Virus record (IMG/VR): IMGVR_UViG_3300048854_000263
Coordinates: 1-36,230 of that record
Origin: a virus
Taxonomy: Duplodnaviria; Caudoviricetes
Length of the DNA: 36,230 nucleotides
Strand: one strand, 5' to 3'
Of this stretch, positions 25,341 through 35,535 are shown one piece after another. Numbering within the stretch: the stretch's first letter is position 1; each line of letters begins with the position of its first letter. The position numbers and the translations under genes are program-made. The notes beneath the pieces were generated by a model. That model was not told the origin of the DNA. It saw nothing but the letters and a program-made list of their open reading frames with translations, and searched no databases.

Positions 25341-25802
25341 ATGGCCGCACTCAGAGACGAGGTGAAAGCCTTTGTTGTACAGGCGCTGGCCTGCTTTGAC
25401 ACGCCATCTCAAGTGGTGGCCTCAGTCAAAGAAACCTTCGGGATCGATGTCACTCGCCAACAGTGCGAGGCATACGACCCCACAAAATACGTCGGGCGGA
25501 GCCTAAACCAGAAGTGGAAGACGCTGTTTGAAGACACGCGCGCCCGCTTCCGGGAGGAGACTGCCGAGATCCCGATCGCGAACCGTGCTTACCGCTTGCG
25601 CGCCATGAACCGATTTGTTGAGCGGGCCGAGTCACTGAAGAACATCGGCCTCGCCATGCAGATCCTCGAACAGGCCGCGAAGGAAGTCGGCGACGTCTAC
25701 GTCAATCGCCACCGGAAGGATGAGCCAGACGACGAACCGGCAATCCCGACGCGCATTCAGGTCGACGTAGTGGATGCGAGGAAGCCGAATGCCGAGCCTT
25801 AA
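25341..25802 (+). CDS. terminase small subunit (DUF2280-like)
   Basis: AFVVQALACFDTPSQV signature; upstream of the large subunit. Confidence 0.85.
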   Translation: MAALRDEVKAFVVQALACFDTPSQVVASVKETFGIDVTRQQCEAYDPTKYVGRSLNQKWKTLFEDTRARFREETAEIPIANRAYRLRAMNRFVERAESLKNIGLAMQILEQAAKEVGDVYVNRHRKDEPDDEPAIPTRIQVDVVDARKPNAEP

Positions 25803-27090
25803 CGTTCCGCAGTCGCAGTTCCTCCTATTGCCCCACAAGTTTCGCGCATTCGTTGCTGGATTCGGCTCCGGAAAGACCTGGGTCGGCTGCTCGGCGCTCA
25901 GCAAGCATTTCATGGAGTGGCCGGGCGTCAACGCTGGTTACTTCGCTCCGACTTACCCGCAGATCCGCGACATCTTCTATCCCACGATGGAGGAGGTGGC
26001 CTACGACTGGGGGTTGAAGACCAAGATCAACCAGGCGAACCATGAGGTTCACATCTACAGCGGTCGGCAGTATCGCGGCACTGTGATTTGCAGGTCGATG
26101 GAGAAGCCGCAGACCATCGTCGGCTTCAAGATCGGTCATGCTCTGGTCGACGAGTTGGACGTGCTGACGTCGATCAAGGCGCAGCAGGCTTGGCGCAAGA
26201 TCATTGCTCGGATGCGTTACAACATCCCCGGGCTGAAGAACGGCGTGGATGTGACCACAACGCCTGAAGGCTTCAAGTTCGTCTTTCTCCAGTTCGTGAA
26301 GCAGCTGCGCGACAAGCCGGCGCTGAAGGAGATGTATGGCCTGATCCAGGCCAGCACCTTCGACAACGAGCTGAACCTGCCTGACGACTACATCGCCTCG
26401 CTGATGGAGTCGTACCCCGAGCAGTTGATCCGCGCTTACCTGAACGGCCAGTTCGTCAATCTGACGTCCGGATCGATCTACCACGCCTACGATCGCAAGC
26501 TGAATCAGTGCTTCGACACGGTCCAGTCCGGTGAGCCGTTGTTCATCGGTATGGACTTCAACGTCGGCAAGATGGCGGCGATTACTCACGTCAAACGTAA
26601 CCAGGGCCTGCCGCGCGCCGTGGACGAGCTGATGGATGGCTATGACACGCCGGACATGATCCGCCGCATCAAAGAACGGTACTGGGAACACACCGGCAAT
26701 GACTTCAGAAAGACCTGCGAGATCCGGATCTACCCGGACGCCTCCGGTGATTCCCGTAAATCGGTCAATGCCAGCCTCACCGATATCGCCATGCTCAAGC
26801 AGGCAGGCTTCACGGTCATCGCGCCGGCGGCCAACCCGCCAGTTAAGGATCGAATCAACGCCATGAACGCCATGTTCTGCAACGCGCAGGGCGAACGGCG
26901 GTACCTGGTCAACCCGTTTACATGCCCGACCTACGCCGATGGCCTCGAACAGCAGATCTGGGCGCCCAATGGCGAACCGGACAAGAGCCAAGGTAACGAC
27001 CACGCCAACGACGGCGGCGGTTACTTCATTCACCGCGAGTACCCGATCATCAAGCCGGTCACCGCTATCAAAATGGGATACGCCCGATGA
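25789..27090 (+). CDS. terL: terminase large subunit
   Basis: Walker A GFGSGKT, Walker B ALVDE, TTT coupling motif, nuclease GMDFN...DHAND. Confidence 0.95.
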   Translation: MPSLNVPQSQFLLLPHKFRAFVAGFGSGKTWVGCSALSKHFMEWPGVNAGYFAPTYPQIRDIFYPTMEEVAYDWGLKTKINQANHEVHIYSGRQYRGTVICRSMEKPQTIVGFKIGHALVDELDVLTSIKAQQAWRKIIARMRYNIPGLKNGVDVTTTPEGFKFVFLQFVKQLRDKPALKEMYGLIQASTFDNELNLPDDYIASLMESYPEQLIRAYLNGQFVNLTSGSIYHAYDRKLNQCFDTVQSGEPLFIGMDFNVGKMAAITHVKRNQGLPRAVDELMDGYDTPDMIRRIKERYWEHTGNDFRKTCEIRIYPDASGDSRKSVNASLTDIAMLKQAGFTVIAPAANPPVKDRINAMNAMFCNAQGERRYLVNPFTCPTYADGLEQQIWAPNGEPDKSQGNDHANDGGGYFIHREYPIIKPVTAIKMGYAR

Positions 27091-28505
27091 GCAACGACGT
27101 CTCCTTCAAGCGGGCGGACTACATCGAAGTGCTAGATCGCTGGGCAACCGTGCGCGACGTTTGCGCTGGTCAGCACAGGGTTGTTGACCGACTGCCGTAC
27201 ATCAACGCTCACGACAAGTCGCCTGAGAACGTAGACCGAAACAAGGCCTATCGCGAACGGGCGGTGTTCAAGAACGCCACCGGTCACACGCGCAATGGTT
27301 TGCTCGGTTTGGCGTTTCACAAAGACCCGACGCTGACAGTCGCCAAGAAGATGGAATACCTGCAGGACAATGCCAACGGCTCCGGTGTGAGCATCTACCA
27401 GCATTCGCAGGGCACGCTCGAAAAGGTGCTTGAGGCTGGGCGACATGGTCTGTACGTCGACTATCACCAAGACGCCGGCACCGGTGGGCATTCGGTGATC
27501 CTGTCGTACTGTGCAGAAGACATCATCAACTGGCGTACGGGCATGGTAAACGGGCACTGCGTGCTGATCCTGGTGGTGCTGCGCGAATCGCCAGAAATCG
27601 AAGACGGCTTCGGCTTTAAGGTGATCGAGCAGTACCGGGAACTTGCTCTCGAGGATGGTGGCTTTGTCTGCCGCGTTTGGCGTCGCTCCGGGCCGAAAGG
27701 CGGCGGGCCGCTGGCTGTTGTTGAGGAGTTCAAGCCCACCGGCGCCGCCGGCCGCTTGAAGGAGATTCCATTCACCTTCGTCGGCGCGCAAAACAACGAC
27801 CCGAGTATTGACGAGTCACCGCTTTACGACATCGCCATGATCAATCTAGGCCACTATCGGAACAGCGCCGACTACGAGGACAGCGTCTTCTGGTGTGGCC
27901 AGGCCCAGCCATGGATTTCCGGTCTGGATGAACAGTGGCGCGACTGGATGGAGAAGAACGGCGTTTACGTCGGCTCCCGCGCGCCGATGATGCTGCCGGC
28001 AGGAGGAGCCTTCGGTTATGCTCAGCCGCAGCCGAACACGTTGGTCAAAGAGGCGATGGCCGACAAGAACCAGATGATGATCGAACTGGGCGCCCGAATG
28101 GTCGTGGCTTCTCTCTCATCCAAGACGGCGACCGAAGCCCGCGGTGATCAGTCGGCATCGACGTCGGTGCTTGCCGGCTGTGTGGCGAACGTCAGCGAGG
28201 CGTACACCCGGGCGATCATGTGGTGCTGCACCTACATGGGCGTCGACGACGCGAAGGCTGCGTACCAGATCAACCAAGAGTTCGTGGAACTGACGGCAGA
28301 TCCGCAAATGATCACCGCGCTGGTCGGCCTCTGGCAGAACGGTGGATTCGCCAAAGCGGATCTTCGGGCGTACCTGCGCAAGTTGGGCCTGATCGCGCCG
28401 GAGCGCACTGACAAGCAGATCGACGGTGAGCTGGCAGAGCAGGGCGACGGCCTGGGCCTGGACGATGAGGACAAAGTAAATGGCGGCAAACCAGGCAATC
28501 CTTGA
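27087..28505 (+). CDS. portal protein (DUF4055-like)
   Basis: Size and position after terL; IPFTF...PLYDIAMINLGHYRNSAD motif. Confidence 0.88.
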   Translation: MSNDVSFKRADYIEVLDRWATVRDVCAGQHRVVDRLPYINAHDKSPENVDRNKAYRERAVFKNATGHTRNGLLGLAFHKDPTLTVAKKMEYLQDNANGSGVSIYQHSQGTLEKVLEAGRHGLYVDYHQDAGTGGHSVILSYCAEDIINWRTGMVNGHCVLILVVLRESPEIEDGFGFKVIEQYRELALEDGGFVCRVWRRSGPKGGGPLAVVEEFKPTGAAGRLKEIPFTFVGAQNNDPSIDESPLYDIAMINLGHYRNSADYEDSVFWCGQAQPWISGLDEQWRDWMEKNGVYVGSRAPMMLPAGGAFGYAQPQPNTLVKEAMADKNQMMIELGARMVVASLSSKTATEARGDQSASTSVLAGCVANVSEAYTRAIMWCCTYMGVDDAKAAYQINQEFVELTADPQMITALVGLWQNGGFAKADLRAYLRKLGLIAPERTDKQIDGELAEQGDGLGLDDEDKVNGGKPGNP

Positions 28506-29565
28506 CACCACGATTCGGCACGCAGTCTTTCTCGAAAAGCTGAAGGCCGGGGAGGTCGGCAAGTTTGCTCCCGTCCTCAAGGACATCGACCGCTCGATCC
28601 GCGACAGGCTGACCCAGTCGGATCTGACCGAGTACAACGTGAAGCGACTGGAAGCGCTACTGAAAGAGGTCGACAGTCTGCTGCTGGGTATCTTCGACCG
28701 CTACAGCGCGCAACTGAACCTCGACCTGATCGACATCGCCAACTACGAGGCTGAGTTTGAGGCGGCGAGCCTGGGCCGGTCAGCGCCGGTTGGCGTCTCG
28801 CTGGATGTGGTCGCGCCGACGGCCGCGGCTATCCGCACCGCGGTGTTGACCAATCCCCTCAGTGTGCGCGGCACCGGCGGCGGTAAGTTGCTGAAGTCGT
28901 TCATCAAGGGATGGACCAGTGCCGAGCGCGAGCGAGTCACCGGCACGATCCGGCAGGGATTCTTCGAAGGTCAAACGAACTTCCAGATCATCCGCAACAT
29001 TCGCGGCACCAAGGCAGCCGGGTACAAGGACGGGGTTCTCGCCACCACCAACCGCAATGCCAGCACGGTCGTGCACACCGCGATTCAACATGTGTCGTCT
29101 CAGGCGCGTATGGAGGTGGCCAAGGCCAATACGGACATCGTGTCCGAAGTCGAGATGGTCGCCACGCTGGACAGCAAGACCAGCCAGCAGTGTCGGTCGA
29201 TGGATAAGCGACGATTCCCGGTCGATTCCGGGCCGCGTCCACCGTTTCACCCGAATTGCCGTACTACGTTCATCCTGCTGACCAAGCTCAGCGAGATGTT
29301 CGCCAAGGGCGCCACGCGGGCGGCGGTGGGCGCAGATGGAGCGGGGCAGGTCAGCGCGAGCCTCGACTATTACCACTGGCTTCAACAACAGCCAGCGTCG
29401 TTTCAGGACGTGGCAATCGGACCGGTGCGGGCGAAGCTGTTCCGAGAGGGCGGTTTGAGCGTCGAGCGTTTCGCCGAGCTGCAGCTTGATCGCAATTTTT
29501 CGCCATTGACTCTTGTCCAGATGAAAGAGCTGGAGCCATTGGCTTTTGAGCGGGCGGGCGTTTAG
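28480..29565 (+). CDS. minor head/head morphogenesis protein (SPP1 gp7/Mu F-like)
   Basis: ATLDSKTS..C...PPFHPNCR motif. Confidence 0.9.
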   Translation: MAANQAILDTTIRHAVFLEKLKAGEVGKFAPVLKDIDRSIRDRLTQSDLTEYNVKRLEALLKEVDSLLLGIFDRYSAQLNLDLIDIANYEAEFEAASLGRSAPVGVSLDVVAPTAAAIRTAVLTNPLSVRGTGGGKLLKSFIKGWTSAERERVTGTIRQGFFEGQTNFQIIRNIRGTKAAGYKDGVLATTNRNASTVVHTAIQHVSSQARMEVAKANTDIVSEVEMVATLDSKTSQQCRSMDKRRFPVDSGPRPPFHPNCRTTFILLTKLSEMFAKGATRAAVGADGAGQVSASLDYYHWLQQQPASFQDVAIGPVRAKLFREGGLSVERFAELQLDRNFSPLTLVQMKELEPLAFERAGV

Positions 29566-29597
29566 GAGTGCTAAAGTGCCATCATCATTGAAGATGG

Positions 29598-30224
29598 ATG
29601 GCCTTTATGAAATTGGTTTGGATTACCGGGTGTTTATTTTTATGTGTGATCAGCGGCTTGCTTGGGCTCACCGCTGGCATAAATATGAATCCAGAGTCGA
29701 CAGTGCGCTTCGTTCCAAGCTGGGGAAGCTTGGGCGATTGGGTCTCCGGAACCGGTGCACTGTTAGCGGTTCTGGTGACGCTGCACTTGGCTGACAAGCA
29801 ACGCCGAGAGGATACGGAGTTGTTGAAGGTTGTTGCCAACGCAAGCTTCCCATTTGGGCCGGGATACCTAGGAGAACCCTTCATTTCTTTGGCATTGACT
29901 TCAGAAGGAAAGAGACCCGTAACCGCGACGAGCTTGAGCGTGAGGTCAACTCAAAGCAAAACAGGCTTAGCCATCACTGGTTTTGCCAACCATTCGCCTA
30001 TTCAAAACTTTCCTATTCGCCTCGAATACGGTCAACAAGCAAGCATTCACCTGGAGCCAGGTGCTGAATTAGAAATCGAAAACTTCGTCCGAGACTACTG
30101 TGACGGGATATCTAAAGGGCTTACTTTTGTTGTTGGAACCACGACTGGATATTGGGAAGGCCCCATCTCCTCTGGTCTCTTTGAAATGAGAAGAAACGCG
30201 GCCGATATTAGAAATAGCGTTTAG
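29598..30224 (+). CDS. membrane-anchored moron protein
   Basis: Two N-terminal TM segments (WGSLGDWVSGTGALLAVLV); lower GC; followed by a terminator at about 30247-30273. Confidence 0.8.
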   Translation: MAFMKLVWITGCLFLCVISGLLGLTAGINMNPESTVRFVPSWGSLGDWVSGTGALLAVLVTLHLADKQRREDTELLKVVANASFPFGPGYLGEPFISLALTSEGKRPVTATSLSVRSTQSKTGLAITGFANHSPIQNFPIRLEYGQQASIHLEPGAELEIENFVRDYCDGISKGLTFVVGTTTGYWEGPISSGLFEMRRNAADIRNSV

Positions 30225-30316
30225 TTTTTTGAGTTCGTAATTACCCAGCCTCGCCATAGTGCGGGGCTTTTTTACGCCCGCAAAGCGGGCAACACATACC
30301 CAAGGGGTGCATCAAC

Positions 30317-31045
30317 GTGGCAGAAGAAAACGAAATCGACCTGGACAATCCGGCAATCAAGGCCGCTATCGCGACTGCCGTTGAGACCTCTGTTTCTGGT
30401 CTGAAAACCAAAAACTCCGAGCTGCTGGGCAAGCTGAAGGAAACCACCGGCAAGCTCAGCCAGTTCGAAACCCAGTTCGAGGGCATCGACATTGACGCCG
30501 TCAAAGGCTTGCTCAGCCGGGCCGGCCAAGACGAAGAAACCAAGCTGCTGACTGAGGGCAAGGTGGACGAGGTGTTCAATCGCCGCACCGAGCGCTTACG
30601 TGCCGACAACGATAAGCAGTTGAAGGCGCTCACGGCGCGGGCCGAAAAGGCTGAGGCATTCGCCGCCAAGTTCCAGGGCAAAGTCCTGGGCGATTCGGTT
30701 CGGGGTGCAGCGCTGAAAGCCGGCGCACTGCCTGAAGCAACCGACGACATCATCCTACGCGCCAAAGGCGTGTTCTCGCTGAACGAAGAGGGGGAAGCGG
30801 TCGCCGTTGATGAATCCGGCCAGGTCATCCTCGGAAAAGACGGCAAGACCCCTCTGACTCCGCTCGAATGGGCGGAATCCTTGCGCGAAAGCGCACCTCA
30901 TCTGTGGCCAAGGGCTTCAGGGACACAAGCCCCGGGCGGGGGTGGCGGCCAGGCTGCATTTAAGCGCTCCGAAATGACTGCCGAGCAAAAGCGCGACTAC
31001 CAGCGCAAGCACGGCCAAACCGCATACCTGCAATTGCCCAAGTAA
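30317..31045 (+). CDS. capsid scaffolding protein
   Basis: Coiled-coil sequence, APHLW and Gly-rich tail; upstream of the capsid gene. Confidence 0.8.
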   Translation: MAEENEIDLDNPAIKAAIATAVETSVSGLKTKNSELLGKLKETTGKLSQFETQFEGIDIDAVKGLLSRAGQDEETKLLTEGKVDEVFNRRTERLRADNDKQLKALTARAEKAEAFAAKFQGKVLGDSVRGAALKAGALPEATDDIILRAKGVFSLNEEGEAVAVDESGQVILGKDGKTPLTPLEWAESLRESAPHLWPRASGTQAPGGGGGQAAFKRSEMTAEQKRDYQRKHGQTAYLQLPK

Positions 31046-31057
31046 GGGGATTCACCC

Positions 31058-32020
31058 ATGGCAACGACTGTGAACAGCGACCTGATCATCTACAACGATG
31101 AGGCGCAAACCGCATACCTGGAGCGTGTCCAGGACAACCTCGACGTATTCAACGCATCGTCCAACGGCGCGATCGTGCTCGACAACGAGCTGATCGAAGG
31201 CGACTTCCGCAAGCGCTCTTTCTACAAGATTGGCGGCTCGCTGGAGCATCGCGACGTCAACTCCACCGGCAAGGTGACCGCGAAGAAGATCGGCGCCGGC
31301 GAGGCCGTGGGCGTCAAGGCACCGTGGAAGTACGGCCCGTACCAGACCACCGAAGAGGCTTTCAAGCGCCGCGGTCGTCCGGTCGACGAGTTCTCTCAGA
31401 TCATCGGCGCCGACGTTGCTGACGCCACCCTGGAAGGCTTCATCCAGTACTCCACTGCTGCTTTGCGCGCCTCGATCAGTTCCAACGCTGACATGGTGGT
31501 TTCGGCCAATATCGAGACCGACGGCAAGAAGACCCTGACTCGCGGTATGCGCAAGTTCGGCGACAAGTTCGGCCGCATCGCACTGTGGGTCATGCACTCC
31601 AGCGCTTACTTCGACATCGTGGACGAGGCGATCGCGAACAAGGTTTACGAGGAGGCGGGCGTCGTCATCTACGGCGGCTTGCCAGGCACTCTCGGCAAGC
31701 CGGTGCTGGTCACCGACACCGCGCCCGCAGATGTGATCTTCGGCCTGCTGCCAAACGCTGTGGTGATCACTGAATCTCAGGCGCCCGGCTTCCGTTCGTA
31801 CGCGGTGAACGACGAGGAGAACCTGGGTATCGGCTATCGCGCTGAAGGCACCGTCAACATCGATGTTCTCGGCTACAGCTGGAAGGAAGCCGCTGGTGGT
31901 GCGAACCCAACGCTTGCCGCCGTGGGTTCGGCTGCGAACTGGGTCAAGCATTCCAACAGCAACAAGGTGACTGCCGGCGTGCTGATCACTCTGACTACTA
32001 CGCCACCAGCCGGCGGCTGA
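31058..32020 (+). CDS. major capsid protein
   Basis: 320 aa; WVMHS and LGKPVLVTD motifs; position. Confidence 0.9.
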   Translation: MATTVNSDLIIYNDEAQTAYLERVQDNLDVFNASSNGAIVLDNELIEGDFRKRSFYKIGGSLEHRDVNSTGKVTAKKIGAGEAVGVKAPWKYGPYQTTEEAFKRRGRPVDEFSQIIGADVADATLEGFIQYSTAALRASISSNADMVVSANIETDGKKTLTRGMRKFGDKFGRIALWVMHSSAYFDIVDEAIANKVYEEAGVVIYGGLPGTLGKPVLVTDTAPADVIFGLLPNAVVITESQAPGFRSYAVNDEENLGIGYRAEGTVNIDVLGYSWKEAAGGANPTLAAVGSAANWVKHSNSNKVTAGVLITLTTTPPAGG

Positions 32021-32065
32021 TACTGGCGCTGACAGCGGCCAGCGATGGCCGCTACGGAGACTTTT

Positions 32066-32656
32066 ATGGAACTGGTTTACTCCACTCAGAACTCGGACTT
32101 CGATCCGGAAAAGCGGTACCGCAATCCGGCGCACTTTGATCGGCCTGAAGCGGGTGTTACACACGCAGTTGTGATTGGCGACTGGCCGAAGGTGATCGAC
32201 GCCTATGAGACACTGGGCGTCGAAGTCTCAGTGTTGAAGCCTTTGATCAGCCCACCGGTTGATTCGGGTGATGCTGACGCTATTGTCGGCCTGGAACAGA
32301 TCAACGCCACGCTGCGCGCCGAGCGTGACGGCATTCTGCGACTGATCGACGCCGCCGAGGGGCAATCGGATCTGCAACACCCTGGCGCCGGCGAACTGGC
32401 AATCCGCCTGTTCGGTGCGCTGAAAGCCATTCATGAGGGGTTCGAAACCCTTACGGGTGAGCGCGACAATTTGGCTGGCGAGGTTGAATCTCTCCGCGCT
32501 GAAGTCGAACGCCTGAAGGCGGCAGCGGAACCGGTCGACAATGCCGAGAAGATCGCGAACCTCAAAGCGCAACTCGACGCCGCCAACGTGACGTATCGGG
32601 CGAATGCCTCGGTAGAATCGCTGGAAAAGGCAGTTGCTGACCTGCAGCAGGCGTAA
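32066..32656 (+). CDS. head-region protein with coiled coil and C-terminal HeH-like motif
   Basis: GGAG SD; LKAQLDAANVTYRANASVESLEK. Confidence 0.75.
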   Translation: MELVYSTQNSDFDPEKRYRNPAHFDRPEAGVTHAVVIGDWPKVIDAYETLGVEVSVLKPLISPPVDSGDADAIVGLEQINATLRAERDGILRLIDAAEGQSDLQHPGAGELAIRLFGALKAIHEGFETLTGERDNLAGEVESLRAEVERLKAAAEPVDNAEKIANLKAQLDAANVTYRANASVESLEKAVADLQQA

Positions 32657-32713
32657 TAACCCGGGTGCCCGGTAACGTGGCACTCGATCCAGAACACCAC
32701 AGCGAGCTGATTC

Positions 32714-33217
32714 ATGACTCTCATCATTGAGGACGGCACCGGCAAGCCCGACGCCGAAAGCTACGCATCTGCCGAAGATCTGGCCATGTACGCCGTGAAG
32801 TTCGGTGTGACCATCCCGGCAGAAGTGCCAGCACAGGAAGCGCTGTTGCGCCGGGCTGCGTTGGCAATGGATGGCATGACGTGGAAAGGGCGGAAGACCA
32901 GCAGCGAGCAGGCTCTCGCCTGGCCGCGCCGCGGTGTCGAGTTGGATTACGAGATCAAGCCCGACATCTACCTGCCCGCGCGCATCCAGTACGGCCAGAT
33001 GGCGCTGGCTGCCGAGATCCATACCGACGACGTTGACCCGATCGAGAAGCGCAAAGGCGCGGTAACGCTTGAGCGTGTTGAAGGCGCTGTCACACGCGAG
33101 TACGCGGCGATCCCGAACTCCAGCGGCCGACTGTTGCCGGCGGCGCCGGATCGTCCGAGCGCAACCCAGTTTGCTGACTACCTACAGAAGCGCGGTCTGT
33201 TCGCAGTGCGCGCATAG
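32714..33217 (+). CDS. head-tail adaptor (DnaT-like annotated family)
   Basis: LIIEDGTG..DAESY...QALAWPR signature. Confidence 0.8.
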   Translation: MTLIIEDGTGKPDAESYASAEDLAMYAVKFGVTIPAEVPAQEALLRRAALAMDGMTWKGRKTSSEQALAWPRRGVELDYEIKPDIYLPARIQYGQMALAAEIHTDDVDPIEKRKGAVTLERVEGAVTREYAAIPNSSGRLLPAAPDRPSATQFADYLQKRGLFAVRA

Positions 33218-33233
33218 CTGAAACGGAGCCACC

Positions 33234-33602
33234 ATGGCCTTCTATGACGAAATGGCCGTGATGGCTCTGGAGATGATCACAGAGTTCGGCCAGCCCGTGA
33301 CCATCAGCAAGACGGAGCCGGGCGAGTACGATCCGGATATCGGCGGCGAAGCCCCGGGCGAGCCCGTAGAGCAAACCGCCCAGGGCATCCTGCTTGACTT
33401 CACCGGTCAGGAATTCCAGAACAACAGCCTCATCAAGCAGGGCGACAAGAAGCTGAAGATCGCCGCGCAAGGTTTGGCCTGGGTGCCGGGGCTGCTGAAC
33501 AAGGTGATCATTCAGGGGCGCACCTGGTCCATCGTGCCGCCGCTGAAAGAGGTCAACCCCGCCGGCACGCCGATCCTGTATGAGCTTCAGGTGCGGTCAT
33601 GA
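33234..33602 (+). CDS. head closure/stopper protein
   Basis: Position; GEYDP and LYELQVR pattern. Confidence 0.75.
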   Translation: MAFYDEMAVMALEMITEFGQPVTISKTEPGEYDPDIGGEAPGEPVEQTAQGILLDFTGQEFQNNSLIKQGDKKLKIAAQGLAWVPGLLNKVIIQGRTWSIVPPLKEVNPAGTPILYELQVRS

Positions 33603-34195
33603 GCCGAGCAGGCGCTGGCCAGTCCGGAAGCTTCGCTTTGAGCCTTGCGGATTTTGCCGCGCAGACCAGCGAAGCCATCGACGCCAGCGTGCGCGAGATC
33701 ATCATCGAGGTCGGCAGTAGCCTGATCCGCATGTCTCCCGTGGGCAACCCGGAGATATGGGCGCAGAACGCTGTCGCGGCCCAGTACAACAAGGCCGTTG
33801 ACGACCACAACTCCGCGCTGCGCAGCGACCCTGCCAACATGACCAGGGGCGGCAGGCTCAAGAAAGGTCGCAAGCTCCACGACGGCATGGACATCGTCGC
33901 ACCGGATGGCTATGTCGGCGGCCGGTTCCGCGCGAACTGGCACATTTCCCTTGGCGTAGTCGAGAGCGTCACCTTCGACGAGGTCGACCCGAGCGGCACC
34001 GAGACAGTCGCCGCCCTGGTCGCCGCGATGAGCGATTTCACCGCCGGCCAGATCGCCTACCTCATCAACAACTTGCCCTATGCGATTCCGCTGGAGTTCG
34101 GCCATTCCACACAGGCCCCCGGCGGCATGGTCCGGGTCACCGTGGCTCGCTTCCAGCAGATCGTGCAGGAGGCCATCAGGAACAATCAGGTATGA
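33599..34195 (+). CDS. neck/tail completion protein (HK97 gp10-like)
   Basis: SPV...GRFRANW...NNLPYA..LEFGHS.QAP.GMV. Confidence 0.8.
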   Translation: MSRAGAGQSGSFALSLADFAAQTSEAIDASVREIIIEVGSSLIRMSPVGNPEIWAQNAVAAQYNKAVDDHNSALRSDPANMTRGGRLKKGRKLHDGMDIVAPDGYVGGRFRANWHISLGVVESVTFDEVDPSGTETVAALVAAMSDFTAGQIAYLINNLPYAIPLEFGHSTQAPGGMVRVTVARFQQIVQEAIRNNQV

Positions 34196-34386
34196 AGTTC
34201 GAAGACGTACCGGTTCGCCCGGTGATGAGATACACGCTGTGCGACTGTGGCGGGCGGTTACTCCAAGAGGATGGCGCGGTAGTTTGGCTTTCAAGTCCGC
34301 CGCAATATCCCCATCAATGCGAGAAATGTCGGGAGCGGAAAAGCTTGCGATCGGTTTCACCCTCCCTGATCTGGGAGGCTGTCTGA
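34192..34386 (+). CDS. small zinc-ribbon protein
   Basis: CDCGG...PPQYPHQCEKC; overlaps both neighbours. Confidence 0.65.
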   Translation: MKFEDVPVRPVMRYTLCDCGGRLLQEDGAVVWLSSPPQYPHQCEKCRERKSLRSVSPSLIWEAV

Positions 34387-34802
34387 TGTCTCACGCAATA
34401 GTCGCCTCGATCTACGAAGCAAAACTCATCGCTTGGAACAATGCCAGGCCACAGAAGCTAAAGATCGTCTTCGAGAACACGGCCTACACACCGGCAGCGG
34501 ATGAAACATATCTGCGAGCGTTCACGATCCCGGGCGATACCGCGAGCAACACGCTCGGCGGCGATCACCGGCTGTTCACTGGCGTGTTTCAGGTGAGCGT
34601 TATTGCGCCGGCCGGTACCGGGAAAACAAAGACGAATCCGATCGTCGATGAGCTGATAGGTCTATTCCCTCTGTACGCTCGGGACACGAAAGGGGCGGTC
34701 ACTGTGGTGACTATGTCGCCAGTTGATCCAGGTCCAGGCATCACCGGCGATTCCGCGTACACCGTCCCGGTCTCGTTCTCCTATCGAGCCGATACCAACT
34801 GA
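34386..34802 (+). CDS. tail terminator (DUF4128-like)
   Basis: GVFQVSV.AP.GTG motif; GGAGG SD; upstream of the tail tube gene. Confidence 0.82.
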   Translation: MSHAIVASIYEAKLIAWNNARPQKLKIVFENTAYTPAADETYLRAFTIPGDTASNTLGGDHRLFTGVFQVSVIAPAGTGKTKTNPIVDELIGLFPLYARDTKGAVTVVTMSPVDPGPGITGDSAYTVPVSFSYRADTN

Positions 34803-34827
34803 TCCCGCCCATTGGGCAACCCTACGA

Positions 34828-34852
34828 AACCCGCCACTGAGCGGGTTTTTTC
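34828..34852 (+). terminator. intrinsic terminator-like hairpin
   Basis: AACCCGC-loop-GCGGGTTTTTT. Confidence 0.65.
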
Positions 34853-34875
34853 ATATCTGCAAAGAGGAAATACCC

Positions 34876-35532
34876 ATGGGCTACAAGATCCCGAACGGCG
34901 GCACTTTCCAGCACGCTGCAACCTATGCCACTGCACTGGCTTTCGCTTCCATCACCAACGCCACTGAAGCTGTGGCCACCGTTGTGGGCGGTACGCTGAG
35001 TGCCGGCGATATTGTGTTGCTGACTTCGGGCTGGAGCAAGCTGGACAGCAAGGTGGTGCGCATTAAAGCGGCGACCGCCACGGCAATCACGCTGGAAGGC
35101 ATCGACACCACCGACACCCAGATCTTTCCGGCCGGTGGCGGTGCGGGCACCATGCGCAAGGTTCTGACCTGGGTGCAGATTCCGCAAATCTCCGACGTTG
35201 CCTTCTCCGGCGGTGAACAGAACTACCTCGACGTGGTTTTCCTCGAGGATGACCAAGGCAAGCAAATTCCGACCGACAAATCTGCAGCCAGCATGGTGCT
35301 GACCTTGGCGGATGACCCTGCTCAGGACTTCAACAAGGTGCTGATGAAGGCTGATGCCGGCAAGCAGGTTGAGGCTGCGCGCCTGAACCTGCCGGGCAAT
35401 GACACGCTGCTGTACGGCGCTTACACATCGTTCTCCAAGCAGCCAGCAGTTTCCCGCAACAACCTGCTGACTCGCACTGTGAACCTGGCTCTTCAGGCCG
35501 AGCCGACCCGCTACCTGACAGCGGCGGTGTAA
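34876..35532 (+). CDS. major tail tube protein
   Basis: PNG...TSGWSKL...WVQIPQI..V..SGGEQ pattern. Confidence 0.88.
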   Translation: MGYKIPNGGTFQHAATYATALAFASITNATEAVATVVGGTLSAGDIVLLTSGWSKLDSKVVRIKAATATAITLEGIDTTDTQIFPAGGGAGTMRKVLTWVQIPQISDVAFSGGEQNYLDVVFLEDDQGKQIPTDKSAASMVLTLADDPAQDFNKVLMKADAGKQVEAARLNLPGNDTLLYGAYTSFSKQPAVSRNNLLTRTVNLALQAEPTRYLTAAV

Positions 35533-35535
35533 CCC

